IMG/VR virus record: IMGVR_UViG_3300036978_001050
Length of the DNA stretch: 29,588 nt
Origin: a virus
Taxonomy: Duplodnaviria; Caudoviricetes
Strand: one strand, 5' to 3'
The notes below the pieces were generated by a model. That model had not been told where the DNA came from and did not search any database. It saw only the letters and a program-made list of their open reading frames with translations. Position numbers and translations under genes: made by a program. This document shows positions 16,308 to 24,909 of the stretch, one piece after another (the first letter of the stretch is position 1; each line of letters opens with the position of its first letter).

Positions 16308-17947
16308 CGACTTACCAGCAGCGGCGTCACCACCGGCTGGATGCCCTGGGCCTTCCAGTAGCGACCCTCCAGCCACAGGGCACCGTGGCAGAAGGCATCC
16401 ACCAGGTCTTTGCTGCCCTTGGGGAAGCGTATGGCTTCCTCCACCAGCGGCTGAGCACGGTGGTGAAAGCGGATCTGCCCGGCCTCCACCAGGGGGGCGA
16501 CGGCATGGGCGCGGGTTTCCTTACTGCCTCTCGCAGTGATCGGCAGCATCCCCGGCACCCGCCGCCGCAGGGACTGCAGCACCGCCGGCCCGTTGGCGGC
16601 GTCCTCGATCAGCACGGCATTGGGGCGCAGCCCCTGCTGCTCCAGCGCCTCCAGACAGCCCAGCAGGAAACGGATCACCTCCGGCAGGCCAAAGCGGTGC
16701 CGAGCGGCCCAGAGCACCTCGATCTCCAGTGCCGCCGTGGTCATTTGCCCCTGCGGTTCACCCGTTCGGGGGATGGCATTCCGGACCGGTGGTGCCAGCA
16801 AGCCGGCCAGGCAGAAGCCGCAGTAGTCGCTCTCCGCCTCCCCCTTGAAGCTGAGGTCACAGGAGAGCGCCAGCAGCGCGTACTGGCGCTGGCTGCCCTC
16901 CTCACGGGGGAGGGGCGGCCGAATCCACTGCCGCAGGAAGATCGATCCGCTCGCCGGGCTCGGCCGCTGCTGGTACAGCGCCGCCCACCAGTAGGCCCCC
17001 AGGCGAGCGCGGATCTTGAGCAGTTCCGGCAGGGGGAACCGCTCAGGACACAGCGCCTCTCCCGCCGGCCGCCAGTCGGGGATCAGGGTGCAGGTGGGCG
17101 GCAGCTTGGCCCGCTCGGTTGGCTCCTCAGCGATGGCCGGCAGGTCCAGCACGGTCCAGTGCTGCGGCGCCTCCCCCAGCTCCTGCTCCAGCAGCCAGCC
17201 GATCACATCCTGGTGGTCCCAGCGCGTGAGCACCACCACCTGGGCCGAGAGGTTTGGCTGCTCCCTGCCGTCCGGGCCCAGCACCGACGCAGGTTCGGCG
17301 CGGGTGAGCCACACCGAGCGCAGCCAGTCGATCAGCTTCTGCCGCAGCGCCGGGCTGGCGGCATCGCCAGGGCCCTTGTAGGGGTCGTCGATGACCCCCA
17401 GGCTGTAGCCCTTGCCGGTGAACGGGCCATCGACGCCGGCAGCAATGCAGCCGCCCCGCTGCCGCGTCAGCCAGTTGCCCACCGCCGCCGAGTCGCGGGC
17501 CAGCAGGTGGCCGGTCACCCGGTAAAAGTGGCGGGCTTCTCGGGAGTGGGCGTAGGCCAGCTCGGCCGAGTACGAGGCAATCGCCGCGAAGAGATGCGGG
17601 TAGCGCTGCAGGAAGTAAGCCGGGAACAGCTTGGAGACCAGGAGGCTCTTCCCCAGCCGCGGCGGACAGGTGACGATCAGCCGGCTCAGCTGGCCATCGG
17701 CCACCTGCTGGAGCAGTTCGATCAACACCTCGGCCCAGCGGTGGAAGCCGTAGCGGGGGTAGGCCTCAGCGATGAAACTGCGCAGGGTTTGGGGTTCCGA
17801 AGGCTCGACCTTGGCGGACGTGGGGAGGAGCAGCAGGCCGCCATCGCCCCAGGGGTCAAGCTCCGGCAGCAGCAACCCACCTTCGGTGGGGGTGGCAGCC
17901 TGAAGCCCCACGGCTGGCGTCGCGGTGGCGGGGGTGCTTGCACTCAC
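16304..17947 (-). CDS. terL: Terminase large subunit
   Basis: Walker A CPPRLGKS, Walker B GVIDDPYK, ALYQQRP, nuclease motifs SCDLSFK..SDY, IEDAANG, DLVDA. Confidence 0.95.
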   Translation of the reverse strand: MSASTPATATPAVGLQAATPTEGGLLLPELDPWGDGGLLLLPTSAKVEPSEPQTLRSFIAEAYPRYGFHRWAEVLIELLQQVADGQLSRLIVTCPPRLGKSLLVSKLFPAYFLQRYPHLFAAIASYSAELAYAHSREARHFYRVTGHLLARDSAAVGNWLTRQRGGCIAAGVDGPFTGKGYSLGVIDDPYKGPGDAASPALRQKLIDWLRSVWLTRAEPASVLGPDGREQPNLSAQVVVLTRWDHQDVIGWLLEQELGEAPQHWTVLDLPAIAEEPTERAKLPPTCTLIPDWRPAGEALCPERFPLPELLKIRARLGAYWWAALYQQRPSPASGSIFLRQWIRPPLPREEGSQRQYALLALSCDLSFKGEAESDYCGFCLAGLLAPPVRNAIPRTGEPQGQMTTAALEIEVLWAARHRFGLPEVIRFLLGCLEALEQQGLRPNAVLIEDAANGPAVLQSLRRRVPGMLPITARGSKETRAHAVAPLVEAGQIRFHHRAQPLVEEAIRFPKGSKDLVDAFCHGALWLEGRYWKAQGIQPVVTPLLVSR

Positions 17948-18492
17948 GCCCTGGGCTCCGGCGGCTTGATCGGTGCCCGCAGAAGCCCGCCGATCTCAGC
18001 AATCACCCGGAAGGCGCCCACAGCCGCGTTGAACTGCTCGGCGTCCATCGCACGCCTGGCGCAGTCATTGAGGGCAAAGATCTGCTCGGCCTGATGCCTG
18101 CGGCGGTCGGTGATCAGCTCCTCCACCATCCGCTGCCGCGCCAGAGCCAGGTAGCGGCTGATCGTTTTGATGTTGGTGATTCCCCAGTTCTGGGCTGCTT
18201 TTTCCCTGATCTTTGCCAGTGGCAGCCGCTGGGCGATCCACAGCTGCGCCTCGGCAATGCGCGTCTCCACCTCCATGTGGGTGGCGCGCGGTTTGTGGTT
18301 CTGGCTGCGGCGGCCCCGTGGCGGGTTGCCCTTGCCCACCGGTCGGCTGGGATCCGCCGCCGGCCAGACGGGCTGGCCATCGGCATCCTGTTGGGCCGGC
18401 GCCTGGCGCAGCTCGTTCAGCAACGCCTGATCGGCATCCGGGGTCTGGGGTTCTCCGCTGCCGGCTGGCTTGGCTGAGGCACGGCGGCTCAC
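17944..18492 (-). CDS. Putative terminase small subunit (HTH)
   Basis: Directly upstream of terL with GTGA overlap; HTH-like LAKIREKAAQNWGITNIKTISRYL. Confidence 0.7.
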   Translation of the reverse strand: MSRRASAKPAGSGEPQTPDADQALLNELRQAPAQQDADGQPVWPAADPSRPVGKGNPPRGRRSQNHKPRATHMEVETRIAEAQLWIAQRLPLAKIREKAAQNWGITNIKTISRYLALARQRMVEELITDRRRHQAEQIFALNDCARRAMDAEQFNAAVGAFRVIAEIGGLLRAPIKPPEPRA

Positions 18493-18848
18493 AGCAGGCC
18501 CTCCCGCAGGATCAGCCGCACATAGGCGGCCCACTGCTCGGGGGTGAGCACCACCCGCCAGGTGCCGCCGCGAAAGCGCACCAATGTCGCCGCGAACGGC
18601 ACGGCGGCGTGCTCGGCCTGCAGGGCGGCCTCATCAGGCTTGAGACGGGCCGCGGCGGCGGTGTTGGCCCAACTGGCCACCTGGATCACATGGGCCGGCA
18701 CGCCATCGAGGTCGCCGGTGTCACCACCGGCCGTGGTGGTGCGGCCGGCGCCGAGCTTGCGGCGCACCACCAGGCCCAGCAGATCGCTCAGCAGCTGGGC
18801 CGCTTCCCGCTCGGCCGCATCCCCCTTGCGCTTCTGGGGATTGGCCAT
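18489..18848 (-). CDS. Holliday junction resolvase-like PD-(D/E)XK nuclease
   Basis: MANPQKRKGDAAERE..DTGDL....IQV. Confidence 0.75.
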   Translation of the reverse strand: MANPQKRKGDAAEREAAQLLSDLLGLVVRRKLGAGRTTTAGGDTGDLDGVPAHVIQVASWANTAAAARLKPDEAALQAEHAAVPFAATLVRFRGGTWRVVLTPEQWAAYVRLILREGLL

Positions 18849-18851
18849 CGT

Positions 18852-19199
18852 TCAGCTCCGGCCCGGCTTGATCGTCCAGAACGCCTTGCCGTGCTTCTCC
18901 CTGGCGGCGCCGGTGGCGACCGCCAGCCGCTGGGCCTCCTTGAGGGCCTGCTCCTGCTGTTGCAGCGGCTCGGGGTAGGCGTAGCTGGTGCGCCCGGCCG
19001 ACCAGCAGAAGCTGCAGCCGTTGTGGGAGAAGGAGGCATCCAGCTCGCCGGCCTCCAGGGCCCCGCTGAGTTGCTCCAGCAGCGGGGAGAGCTCGGCGTC
19101 GATGCTTTTTTGCTGCAGCTTGAGGACCGTGATGCGATCGAGCAGCGCGTCGAGGGCGGCGCCAGCCATTCGAGCAGAGCTGGCGGTGGTGGCAGCCAT
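18852..19199 (-). CDS. Hypothetical coiled-coil phage protein
   Basis: In operon between the nuclease and the resolvase; start ATG 19199 or 19169. Confidence 0.65.
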   Translation of the reverse strand: MAATTASSARMAGAALDALLDRITVLKLQQKSIDAELSPLLEQLSGALEAGELDASFSHNGCSFCWSAGRTSYAYPEPLQQQEQALKEAQRLAVATGAAREKHGKAFWTIKPGRS

Positions 19200-19295
19200 C
19201 AGCAGAGCCAGCGAAGGAGCAAAGAGGCGCGAGCAAGCGACCTGCAACAAACCATAGCGGCTCGATAGTCCGAATACATCGGTTCGGAGAGTCCA

Positions 19296-20006
19296 TCACC
19301 AGGGCCGGAACCTGCTCACGTAGCCCGCCCACGCCGCTGCCCAGGCGGCCAGGCATTCCTCGCGGGAATACAGCGGCGAGAAGCGGGTCTCCCCCGGCCG
19401 GGCCCAGATCGTCTGGCCTGCGTCGTAGTGCACGCCCCAGGTGGCTTCCAGTGCCATGTAGCCACCCAGCTGGGCGCGGGTGCAGTAGCTGCCCGATCCG
19501 GGCCTGGAGAGGGTCTTGAGGTCAGCGAGCACCCGCAGGCCATCGGCCTGCTGGATGTAGCCGGTGTCGTAGGTGCCGGCCAGGTTCCGGATCAGGCAGC
19601 AGGTGGGGCGCTCGGAAGCGATCACCGTCACCTGCTGCCAGTGGGGGTGGGCCAGCAACGGCTCGATCCAGTCCCGGTAGTCGCCAGAGCGCAGGTGCTG
19701 CAGCAGTCGGCTGGCCTGCTGGCGTTGCTGGGGCAGGGGATGGAAGCGGCTGTGCAGCAGGGCCTCCAGCGCCAGGTGCACGGTGTGGCCCCGCGGCTCC
19801 CAGACGTGGCGGGTGGCCTCGATGCGGGCCATCGCCCATTCGCTCTTGGTTGAGCCGATCACGCCGGTGACGGACACCGCGAACAGGTGCTCCCCCAGCC
19901 AGTAGCGGTGCTCCGGGTCGGTGCGCCGCAGGCCTGGGATCGGCCTGAGCCAGGGACCGGCAGCGATCTGGCGATCGAAGACATGCGCGGAGGTTGTCGT
20001 CGGCAT
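19296..20006 (-). CDS. PD-(D/E)XK (RecB/Cas4-like) exonuclease
   Basis: SVTGVI, RGHTVH, LAGTYD, LADLKT, AQLGGY. Confidence 0.8.
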   Translation of the reverse strand: MPTTTSAHVFDRQIAAGPWLRPIPGLRRTDPEHRYWLGEHLFAVSVTGVIGSTKSEWAMARIEATRHVWEPRGHTVHLALEALLHSRFHPLPQQRQQASRLLQHLRSGDYRDWIEPLLAHPHWQQVTVIASERPTCCLIRNLAGTYDTGYIQQADGLRVLADLKTLSRPGSGSYCTRAQLGGYMALEATWGVHYDAGQTIWARPGETRFSPLYSREECLAAWAAAWAGYVSRFRPW

Positions 20007-20039
20007 CACCAGAACCTCACGAGATACACCAAATTGGTT

Positions 20040-20404
20040 GGATTCTTTGGACCCCGTTGCAGCGCAGGGGATCTGGGCAGAAGATCGAACGTGAGATTCT
20101 TTGGATACTTTGGATTCTTTGATCCCCAGGGACTGTCTGCTGCAGGGAGTGAGGTCCCCCAAAGAATCCCAAGAATCCAGAACGGATCCAGCCCGCTTGG
20201 CGCTCCAAAGTGGCTGCGCTGGTGAGGGGGCCAAAGAATCCAACGAATCCAGCTCCTTCTCCAGCGGTTGTGGTTCAGTCGCCCGTGAGCAGCGTCGGAC
20301 TGGCGGTGGCCAGCAAAGAATCCAGAGAATCCTGAGAGAGTCCGCTCTGCCAGAAGCGTCAGATCAATTGCGCTGCAGGAAGATCCAAAGAATCGCAAGA
20401 ATCC
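20040..20404. repeat. Iteron array, putative replication origin
   Basis: About 12 copies of CAAAGAATCC-like repeats: reverse orientation at 20040-20122, forward at 20160-20404; directly downstream of the primase-helicase. Confidence 0.8.
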
Positions 20405-20409
20405 ACCCC

Positions 20410-22923
20410 CTATAGATCAAACTCACGCGCCAGCCACTCCGCGCCGGCGTCACTGAGCCCATAGCGGAGGTAGTAACTGGCGCCGCTGGTGCCCACCCTG
20501 GTGGCTGTAACCAAGCCGTCCAGGCTGCCGAGGAAGCGGCCCATGGCCTTGTAGGTGGTCAGCGCTTCCCCCTCCAGGTCCCGCTTGAGCCGCGCCTCCG
20601 CCGGCGCCATGCCGATCGCCTGCTGCAGCTCCAGCAGGCCCACCCCGGCCAGACCGTTGGTGTGCAGCGCCTGGAGATAACGCAGGGCCTCCTTCTGCTT
20701 TTCGCTGGCCTTGCGCACCCGCTGAGCGGCGCGATCGAGATCGCTCTCCTGCTCCTGCTGCTCCTGCAGGTCGTCGTAGGTGCCCAGCCGGGCAAAGGCC
20801 CCGGTGTTGCCGTCGATCGCCACCACCAGATCGGCGGGTGGGCCGGAGCGGGCCTCGCGCACCAGGCGGCGCTGGGGTGAATCCTTGATCAACCGATTGC
20901 CCTTGGCCAGGTAGTGGAGGGTGAGGATCGTGTTGGCCGCCCCGGCAATGGCGTTGTGGCCCGAGAGGGCCTCGGTGCCGGTGGTGTCGTTGGCCTTATT
21001 GCAGTGGTGGATCAGCAGCAACGTGCCGCCGGCATCGGTGATCTGGTGCTTGAGGTCATAGATCAGCGACCCCATCTCCGGATCGTTCTCGCCAAAGCAG
21101 CAGCTGCGGGTGATCGAGCGCAGCGAATCGAGGATCACCACCGCCCCAGGGTGGGCGGCCAGACAGGCCAGCAGGGCATCGAGGTTGGCCTCCGTGGCCC
21201 GGAACCGGCGCGACCAGAGCAGCAACGGGTGATCCCAGATCCCGAGCTGCTGCAGCATCTGGGCGGTGTCGCCGTCGCCCTGGTCATCGGTCACCAGGAT
21301 CACCGGCCGCGGTTCCTCCGGCGCCCCGAACCCGAGAAAGTCCTCGGCGCAGAGCAGGCAGCGGGCCAGGGCATGCACCAGCCGCGTCTTGCCCACCTTG
21401 GCCCGGCCGCCCACGATCGAGAGGTCGCGGCGTGGGATGCAGCCGGGGATCTCCCACGCCACAACCGGTTGCGGCATTGCCAGCCGCTCGGCCTGATCGA
21501 GGCCGCGGAAGCGGTTGCCATTGCGTAGGTCGTGGGCCTCGAGGATCAGCTGACCGATCTCCTGCAGCCGCAGGGCGGTTTTGAGTTGCAGGGCGGCATG
21601 GGACTCGCGCACGCGGGCCGAGCGGCGCAGGCTGTTGCGCTCACGGCCCACTAGGGATCGGATGCAGTGCTCCAAGGCGTTCAGGCGGCGGTTGATCGGC
21701 AGGTGCACCTTTCCCCAGCGCACCCGGGTGTCGGGCCGAGGCGAGAAGCGCTGCGGGCCTGCGCCAGAGCCAGCTCCTTTGGTGCCCCTGGCATTGCTGG
21801 TGTGGTCGGTGCCCTTTCCACCGGGATGGCGCCCACCGGTGTCGCCCTGGTGTCGGCGGCTGCCTGTGGCGTGCGCACCAGGAGGCCTCGGGGTGTGGGC
21901 AGGCTCCGGCGGCAGCCAGCCGTGCTGACGCGCGTGGAACCAGAAAGTCGCCGCGCTGATCTGCTCGCCTCCAGAGCTGGCCACCTGGCGGATGTCCCAG
22001 CCGCAGCTGGCCGAGGGGCTGTGGGCTTCCATCAGGGCGATCGCCAGCTCCCGGTCGTGGCCGGCCTGCTCGCAGGCCTGAATCAAACCCCAGAGGAGAT
22101 TGCGGTAGTCGGAGTAGGTGTTGCTGCCGGCCACCCGGCGGGGGATGGCGGCCAGGGCGGTGCGGATCTGCTCCAGCGGCCGCGGCGGCCCGAAGTCCTC
22201 ATCGCCCAGCTCAGGCAGCGGAATTCCAGTGCCGGAGGCTTCACAGGGGGCCTCCAGGGGGATTGCTTGCTGGGCTGAAGGGTCTGCAGCGGGTTCGGCG
22301 AACTCATCGGGCAGCAGCGCCAGGGAGATGTCATCAGGGGCGTAGCGCTGGCCGCTCACATGCACCAGCTCCACCAGGGCGGTGGGCTCGCCGGCCGCAT
22401 CCACGTACCAGCAGCCCGGCAGCCGCATCACCCGTGAGGCGTCCTTGCAGTGGGGATCACCGCTGGCATAGGCGATCAGCTCGGCCTGCAGCGGCGCCCA
22501 CTCCTTTGGCGGGATGGGCTGCTCCAGCAGCCAGTAGCAATGGGCAGATTTGCCTCCGCTGAGCACGATCAGCGAGGGCTCGGGCAGCCCCAGCTCCTTC
22601 CAGGCGTTCAGCTGCCAGGCGATAGGCCGGTCGTCCCATTCCACAAAGAACGCCCGGCAGGCCGTGATCTCGCTCTTGCGGTCGCCGCCGTCGTTGATCA
22701 CCAGGTAAATGCCGCGGCCTTCCCGCTGCCACTGCTCCGCCACCGCCAGCTCGAAAGGACCCTTGCGGGCGCCGATTGCTCCCTTGGCGGGGTTGCCGCG
22801 ATGGGGGAAGGCACGCAGCCGGGCGCTGGCAGGGTCCTTGCCCAGCAGGGAGAGGAACTGCTCGGCTGCGCCGCGGTCGATGCAGGCCTTTGCGGGACTG
22901 GTGGCCGCTTCAGGGCTGGCCAT
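20410..22923 (-). CDS. Primase-helicase (RepB-type AEP primase, PriCT-2, AAA_25/RepA-like helicase)
   Basis: FFVEWDD, SGGKSAHCYW, KDASRVMRLPG; PriCT-like ISAATFWFHARQHGW; Walker A GGRAKVGKT, Walker B VILDS, LLIHH. Confidence 0.9.
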   Translation of the reverse strand: MASPEAATSPAKACIDRGAAEQFLSLLGKDPASARLRAFPHRGNPAKGAIGARKGPFELAVAEQWQREGRGIYLVINDGGDRKSEITACRAFFVEWDDRPIAWQLNAWKELGLPEPSLIVLSGGKSAHCYWLLEQPIPPKEWAPLQAELIAYASGDPHCKDASRVMRLPGCWYVDAAGEPTALVELVHVSGQRYAPDDISLALLPDEFAEPAADPSAQQAIPLEAPCEASGTGIPLPELGDEDFGPPRPLEQIRTALAAIPRRVAGSNTYSDYRNLLWGLIQACEQAGHDRELAIALMEAHSPSASCGWDIRQVASSGGEQISAATFWFHARQHGWLPPEPAHTPRPPGAHATGSRRHQGDTGGRHPGGKGTDHTSNARGTKGAGSGAGPQRFSPRPDTRVRWGKVHLPINRRLNALEHCIRSLVGRERNSLRRSARVRESHAALQLKTALRLQEIGQLILEAHDLRNGNRFRGLDQAERLAMPQPVVAWEIPGCIPRRDLSIVGGRAKVGKTRLVHALARCLLCAEDFLGFGAPEEPRPVILVTDDQGDGDTAQMLQQLGIWDHPLLLWSRRFRATEANLDALLACLAAHPGAVVILDSLRSITRSCCFGENDPEMGSLIYDLKHQITDAGGTLLLIHHCNKANDTTGTEALSGHNAIAGAANTILTLHYLAKGNRLIKDSPQRRLVREARSGPPADLVVAIDGNTGAFARLGTYDDLQEQQEQESDLDRAAQRVRKASEKQKEALRYLQALHTNGLAGVGLLELQQAIGMAPAEARLKRDLEGEALTTYKAMGRFLGSLDGLVTATRVGTSGASYYLRYGLSDAGAEWLAREFDL

Positions 22924-23131
22924 CGAGCACCTGGCGCTGGCGGGGCTTGCTGGCGAGCTGCTCGCGTTCCATGGCCTCGGCCACGATGAGCCGAATCACC
23001 GAGGAACGCGAGAGCACGCCGCCGCGGGTGCGCGCATCCAGCCAGTCCCGCTGCTCAAGCGTGAACTGCACGGAGAGCGGAGTCATCATCGAGGACATGG
23101 AAACCTCGGCATGCCGAATCAGTTTATCCAT
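22910..23131 (-). CDS. Ribbon-helix-helix (CopG-like) regulator
   Basis: LSVQFTLEQRDWLD....LSRSSVIRLIVAEAM; first gene of the leftward operon. The start may be a later Met. Confidence 0.75.
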   Translation of the reverse strand: MDKLIRHAEVSMSSMMTPLSVQFTLEQRDWLDARTRGGVLSRSSVIRLIVAEAMEREQLASKPRQRQVLDGQP

Positions 23132-23174
23132 GCTGGCACAGGCTCGCTAAGCTGATCCAATTGGCGAATAGGGC

Positions 23175-23525
23175 ATGGTCGACAGCGCAGCGGCGGATCG
23201 GGCAGCGGAGAAGGTCCGCAAGCTGGTGGCGATGACCGCCTCACCCCACCTGGAGGAGGCGCGCACCAGCGCCTATCTGGCATGCCGCCTGATCCGTGAG
23301 CACGGCCTGCAGGTCAGCGGGCAGCCTCCCTCTGCAGCGTCCGCGCCCGGGTTTCCCACGGCAGGAGTGCCCCACAGGCAGCCCACAGCCGACCCCCATG
23401 GCTTTCGCCGCATCCGCGTCCGCCATCCCGGCCATTGCCGCTGTTGCGGCAAGCCGATCGCCCTCGGGGAGTGGGCGCTCTGGTGCCGTGGCAATGGCTT
23501 GCGTCACCCGCTCTGCACCCCCTGA
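23175..23525 (+). CDS. DUF2786-like N-terminal domain with C-terminal Zn-finger
   Basis: EKVRKLVAMTASPHLEEARTSAYLACRLIREHGL; CRCCGKPI...HPLC. Confidence 0.7.
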   Translation: MVDSAAADRAAEKVRKLVAMTASPHLEEARTSAYLACRLIREHGLQVSGQPPSAASAPGFPTAGVPHRQPTADPHGFRRIRVRHPGHCRCCGKPIALGEWALWCRGNGLRHPLCTP

Positions 23526-24025
23526 GCCGTTGCAGCGCCGCCGAGATCCAACAGGCCTTGCGGGCGCTGCTGGCGGGTGAGGCCTTCCTGGCAGACAGGC
23601 CCTGGAGTGAGATCTGGTGGGGCCGGATGCGGCTGGATCTGGCCAGCGGCTGGCAGCTGGAGATCGCGATCGAGCGCGACCAACTTGGGGCGCTGCTCTG
23701 GGCGCAGGCGCCAGGCGGCCGTGATTGGGTCTACGGCTGCCAACGCGACGACTGGACCCTTGGCCCGGACAGCCGCATCGTCGAGCCCGTGGCGTTGCTG
23801 GAGCCGGAGCAGCGCCAGCAGCTGGAGCAGCTGCTCCGCGAGGCCATCTGCTGGCCTGTGCCCGTGGTCACCGGCGGTTGGGTGGTGCCGATGGGCAAGG
23901 TGAAACCGTCGCCATACGCCCGGCGTGGAGGGCGGCGCCAAGCCCATCGCCCCGTCACCAGCGCTGGTCGAGGCAAGTCAGGCCGACCGTCCAGGACAGG
24001 ATCGTCAGCGCCCACACCGCCCTGA
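23483..24025 (+). CDS. Hypothetical protein
   Basis: Part of ORF 23435..24025; Trp-rich, globular-looking core; start uncertain. Confidence 0.55.
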   Translation: MPWQWLASPALHPLSRCSAAEIQQALRALLAGEAFLADRPWSEIWWGRMRLDLASGWQLEIAIERDQLGALLWAQAPGGRDWVYGCQRDDWTLGPDSRIVEPVALLEPEQRQQLEQLLREAICWPVPVVTGGWVVPMGKVKPSPYARRGGRRQAHRPVTSAGRGKSGRPSRTGSSAPTPP

Positions 24026-24065
24026 AACAGACAGGTCACCTGTTCATGGTCATGATTGGGATGCC

Positions 24066-24080
24066 TTAGCCTTTCGCTAA
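24066..24080. promoter_or_regulatory. Palindromic operator TTAGC-N5-GCTAA upstream of the repressor
   Basis: TTAGCCTTTCGCTAA; same motif at 24856-24870. Confidence 0.6.
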
Positions 24081-24099
24081 TGGCCAGATCCAAGCCCTG

Positions 24100-24783
24100 A
24101 TGAGCTCTGAGTACCGGTACATCGAGGCCAAGCAGCTCGAGGCCGGCCAGCAGTTCGGGCGCATGCTCAGGCGCTGGCGGGAGCTCAACAACTGGACGCA
24201 GTACACGGCCTACAAGTGGGCCCGCGAGGCGGGCTTTGAGGTGATGGCACCGAGCACGCTGAGCGTGTTCGAGAACGGCAAGGCGCCCAAGCCCAGGCCG
24301 GAGAGCTTCTTTGCCCTTGCCGAGGTCAACCGCCGGCTGGCCGCCAAAGAATTCAGCGGCGTGCGCACCCGGGCCCTCAAGGATCTGATCAGCCAGGCCA
24401 AACCCCTGGTGGATGACGAGGAGCGGGTGTGGGGGCCAGCAGAGTTCTGGAGCTGCCACCTGGGTCTGTTGCCGGTGCCGAGCGCCTACCAGGCGCCTGT
24501 CGTGCCGGCCCAGCCTGAGGTCGATGCCGCAGAAGCGGCGAGGCTGAGCGAACAGTGGCGCGGCCAGCTGGTGCAGACCGCCAAGCTGCACGGCATCGGC
24601 GTGATGGAGGCCCTGAGTTCTGCCGCCAAGGTGGCCCCAGCCAAGCAGCGGCAGGCCTTTCAGGCGATGCTTGCCGGCTTTGAGCCCTACTCCGCCGAGC
24701 AGCTGCAGGGCATGTGGGACGGAGAGGCGTGGCTGCCCCAGCGCTGGCTGGAGGAGTGGTCCACCAAGACGGGCCCCAGCTGA
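24100..24783 (+). CDS. XRE-family HTH regulator (putative repressor)
   Basis: FGRMLRRWRELNNWTQ...PSTLSVFENGK..PRPESFFALA. Confidence 0.8.
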   Translation: MSSEYRYIEAKQLEAGQQFGRMLRRWRELNNWTQYTAYKWAREAGFEVMAPSTLSVFENGKAPKPRPESFFALAEVNRRLAAKEFSGVRTRALKDLISQAKPLVDDEERVWGPAEFWSCHLGLLPVPSAYQAPVVPAQPEVDAAEAARLSEQWRGQLVQTAKLHGIGVMEALSSAAKVAPAKQRQAFQAMLAGFEPYSAEQLQGMWDGEAWLPQRWLEEWSTKTGPS

Positions 24784-24854
24784 GGCATGCACGAACACCT
24801 CCCGGACAGGTTCGGAGCACGCCATGTCTTGCGTTGCGCAAGCTACAGATTCAG

Positions 24855-24871
24855 ATTAGCGAGCCGCTAAT
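24855..24871. promoter_or_regulatory. Palindromic operator upstream of the rightward early operon
   Basis: ATTAGCG-agc-CGCTAAT, perfect palindrome. Confidence 0.65.
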
Positions 24872-24909
24872 ATCCGAGACAAGCGGGCGCCGGTCCCGCA
24901 GTGCCTTCG

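Noticed and set aside
16262-18094. 610-aa + strand ORF and other long antisense ORFs (e.g. 2583..3611, 4096..5088, 25375..26553)
   Set aside because: Shadow frames of well-supported genes in ~70% GC DNA, with no recognisable motifs.
20007-20243. N-terminal extension of ORF 19296..20243 and the small ORFs over the origin
   Set aside because: Their SKES/DSLD-type peptides are translations of the iterons; nuclease motifs begin after ATG 20006.
20040-20404. CRISPR array (short repeats beside a Cas4-like nuclease)
   Set aside because: Repeats are only 9-10 bp, occur in both orientations with irregular spacing, and no cas1/cas2 is present. Iterons fit better.
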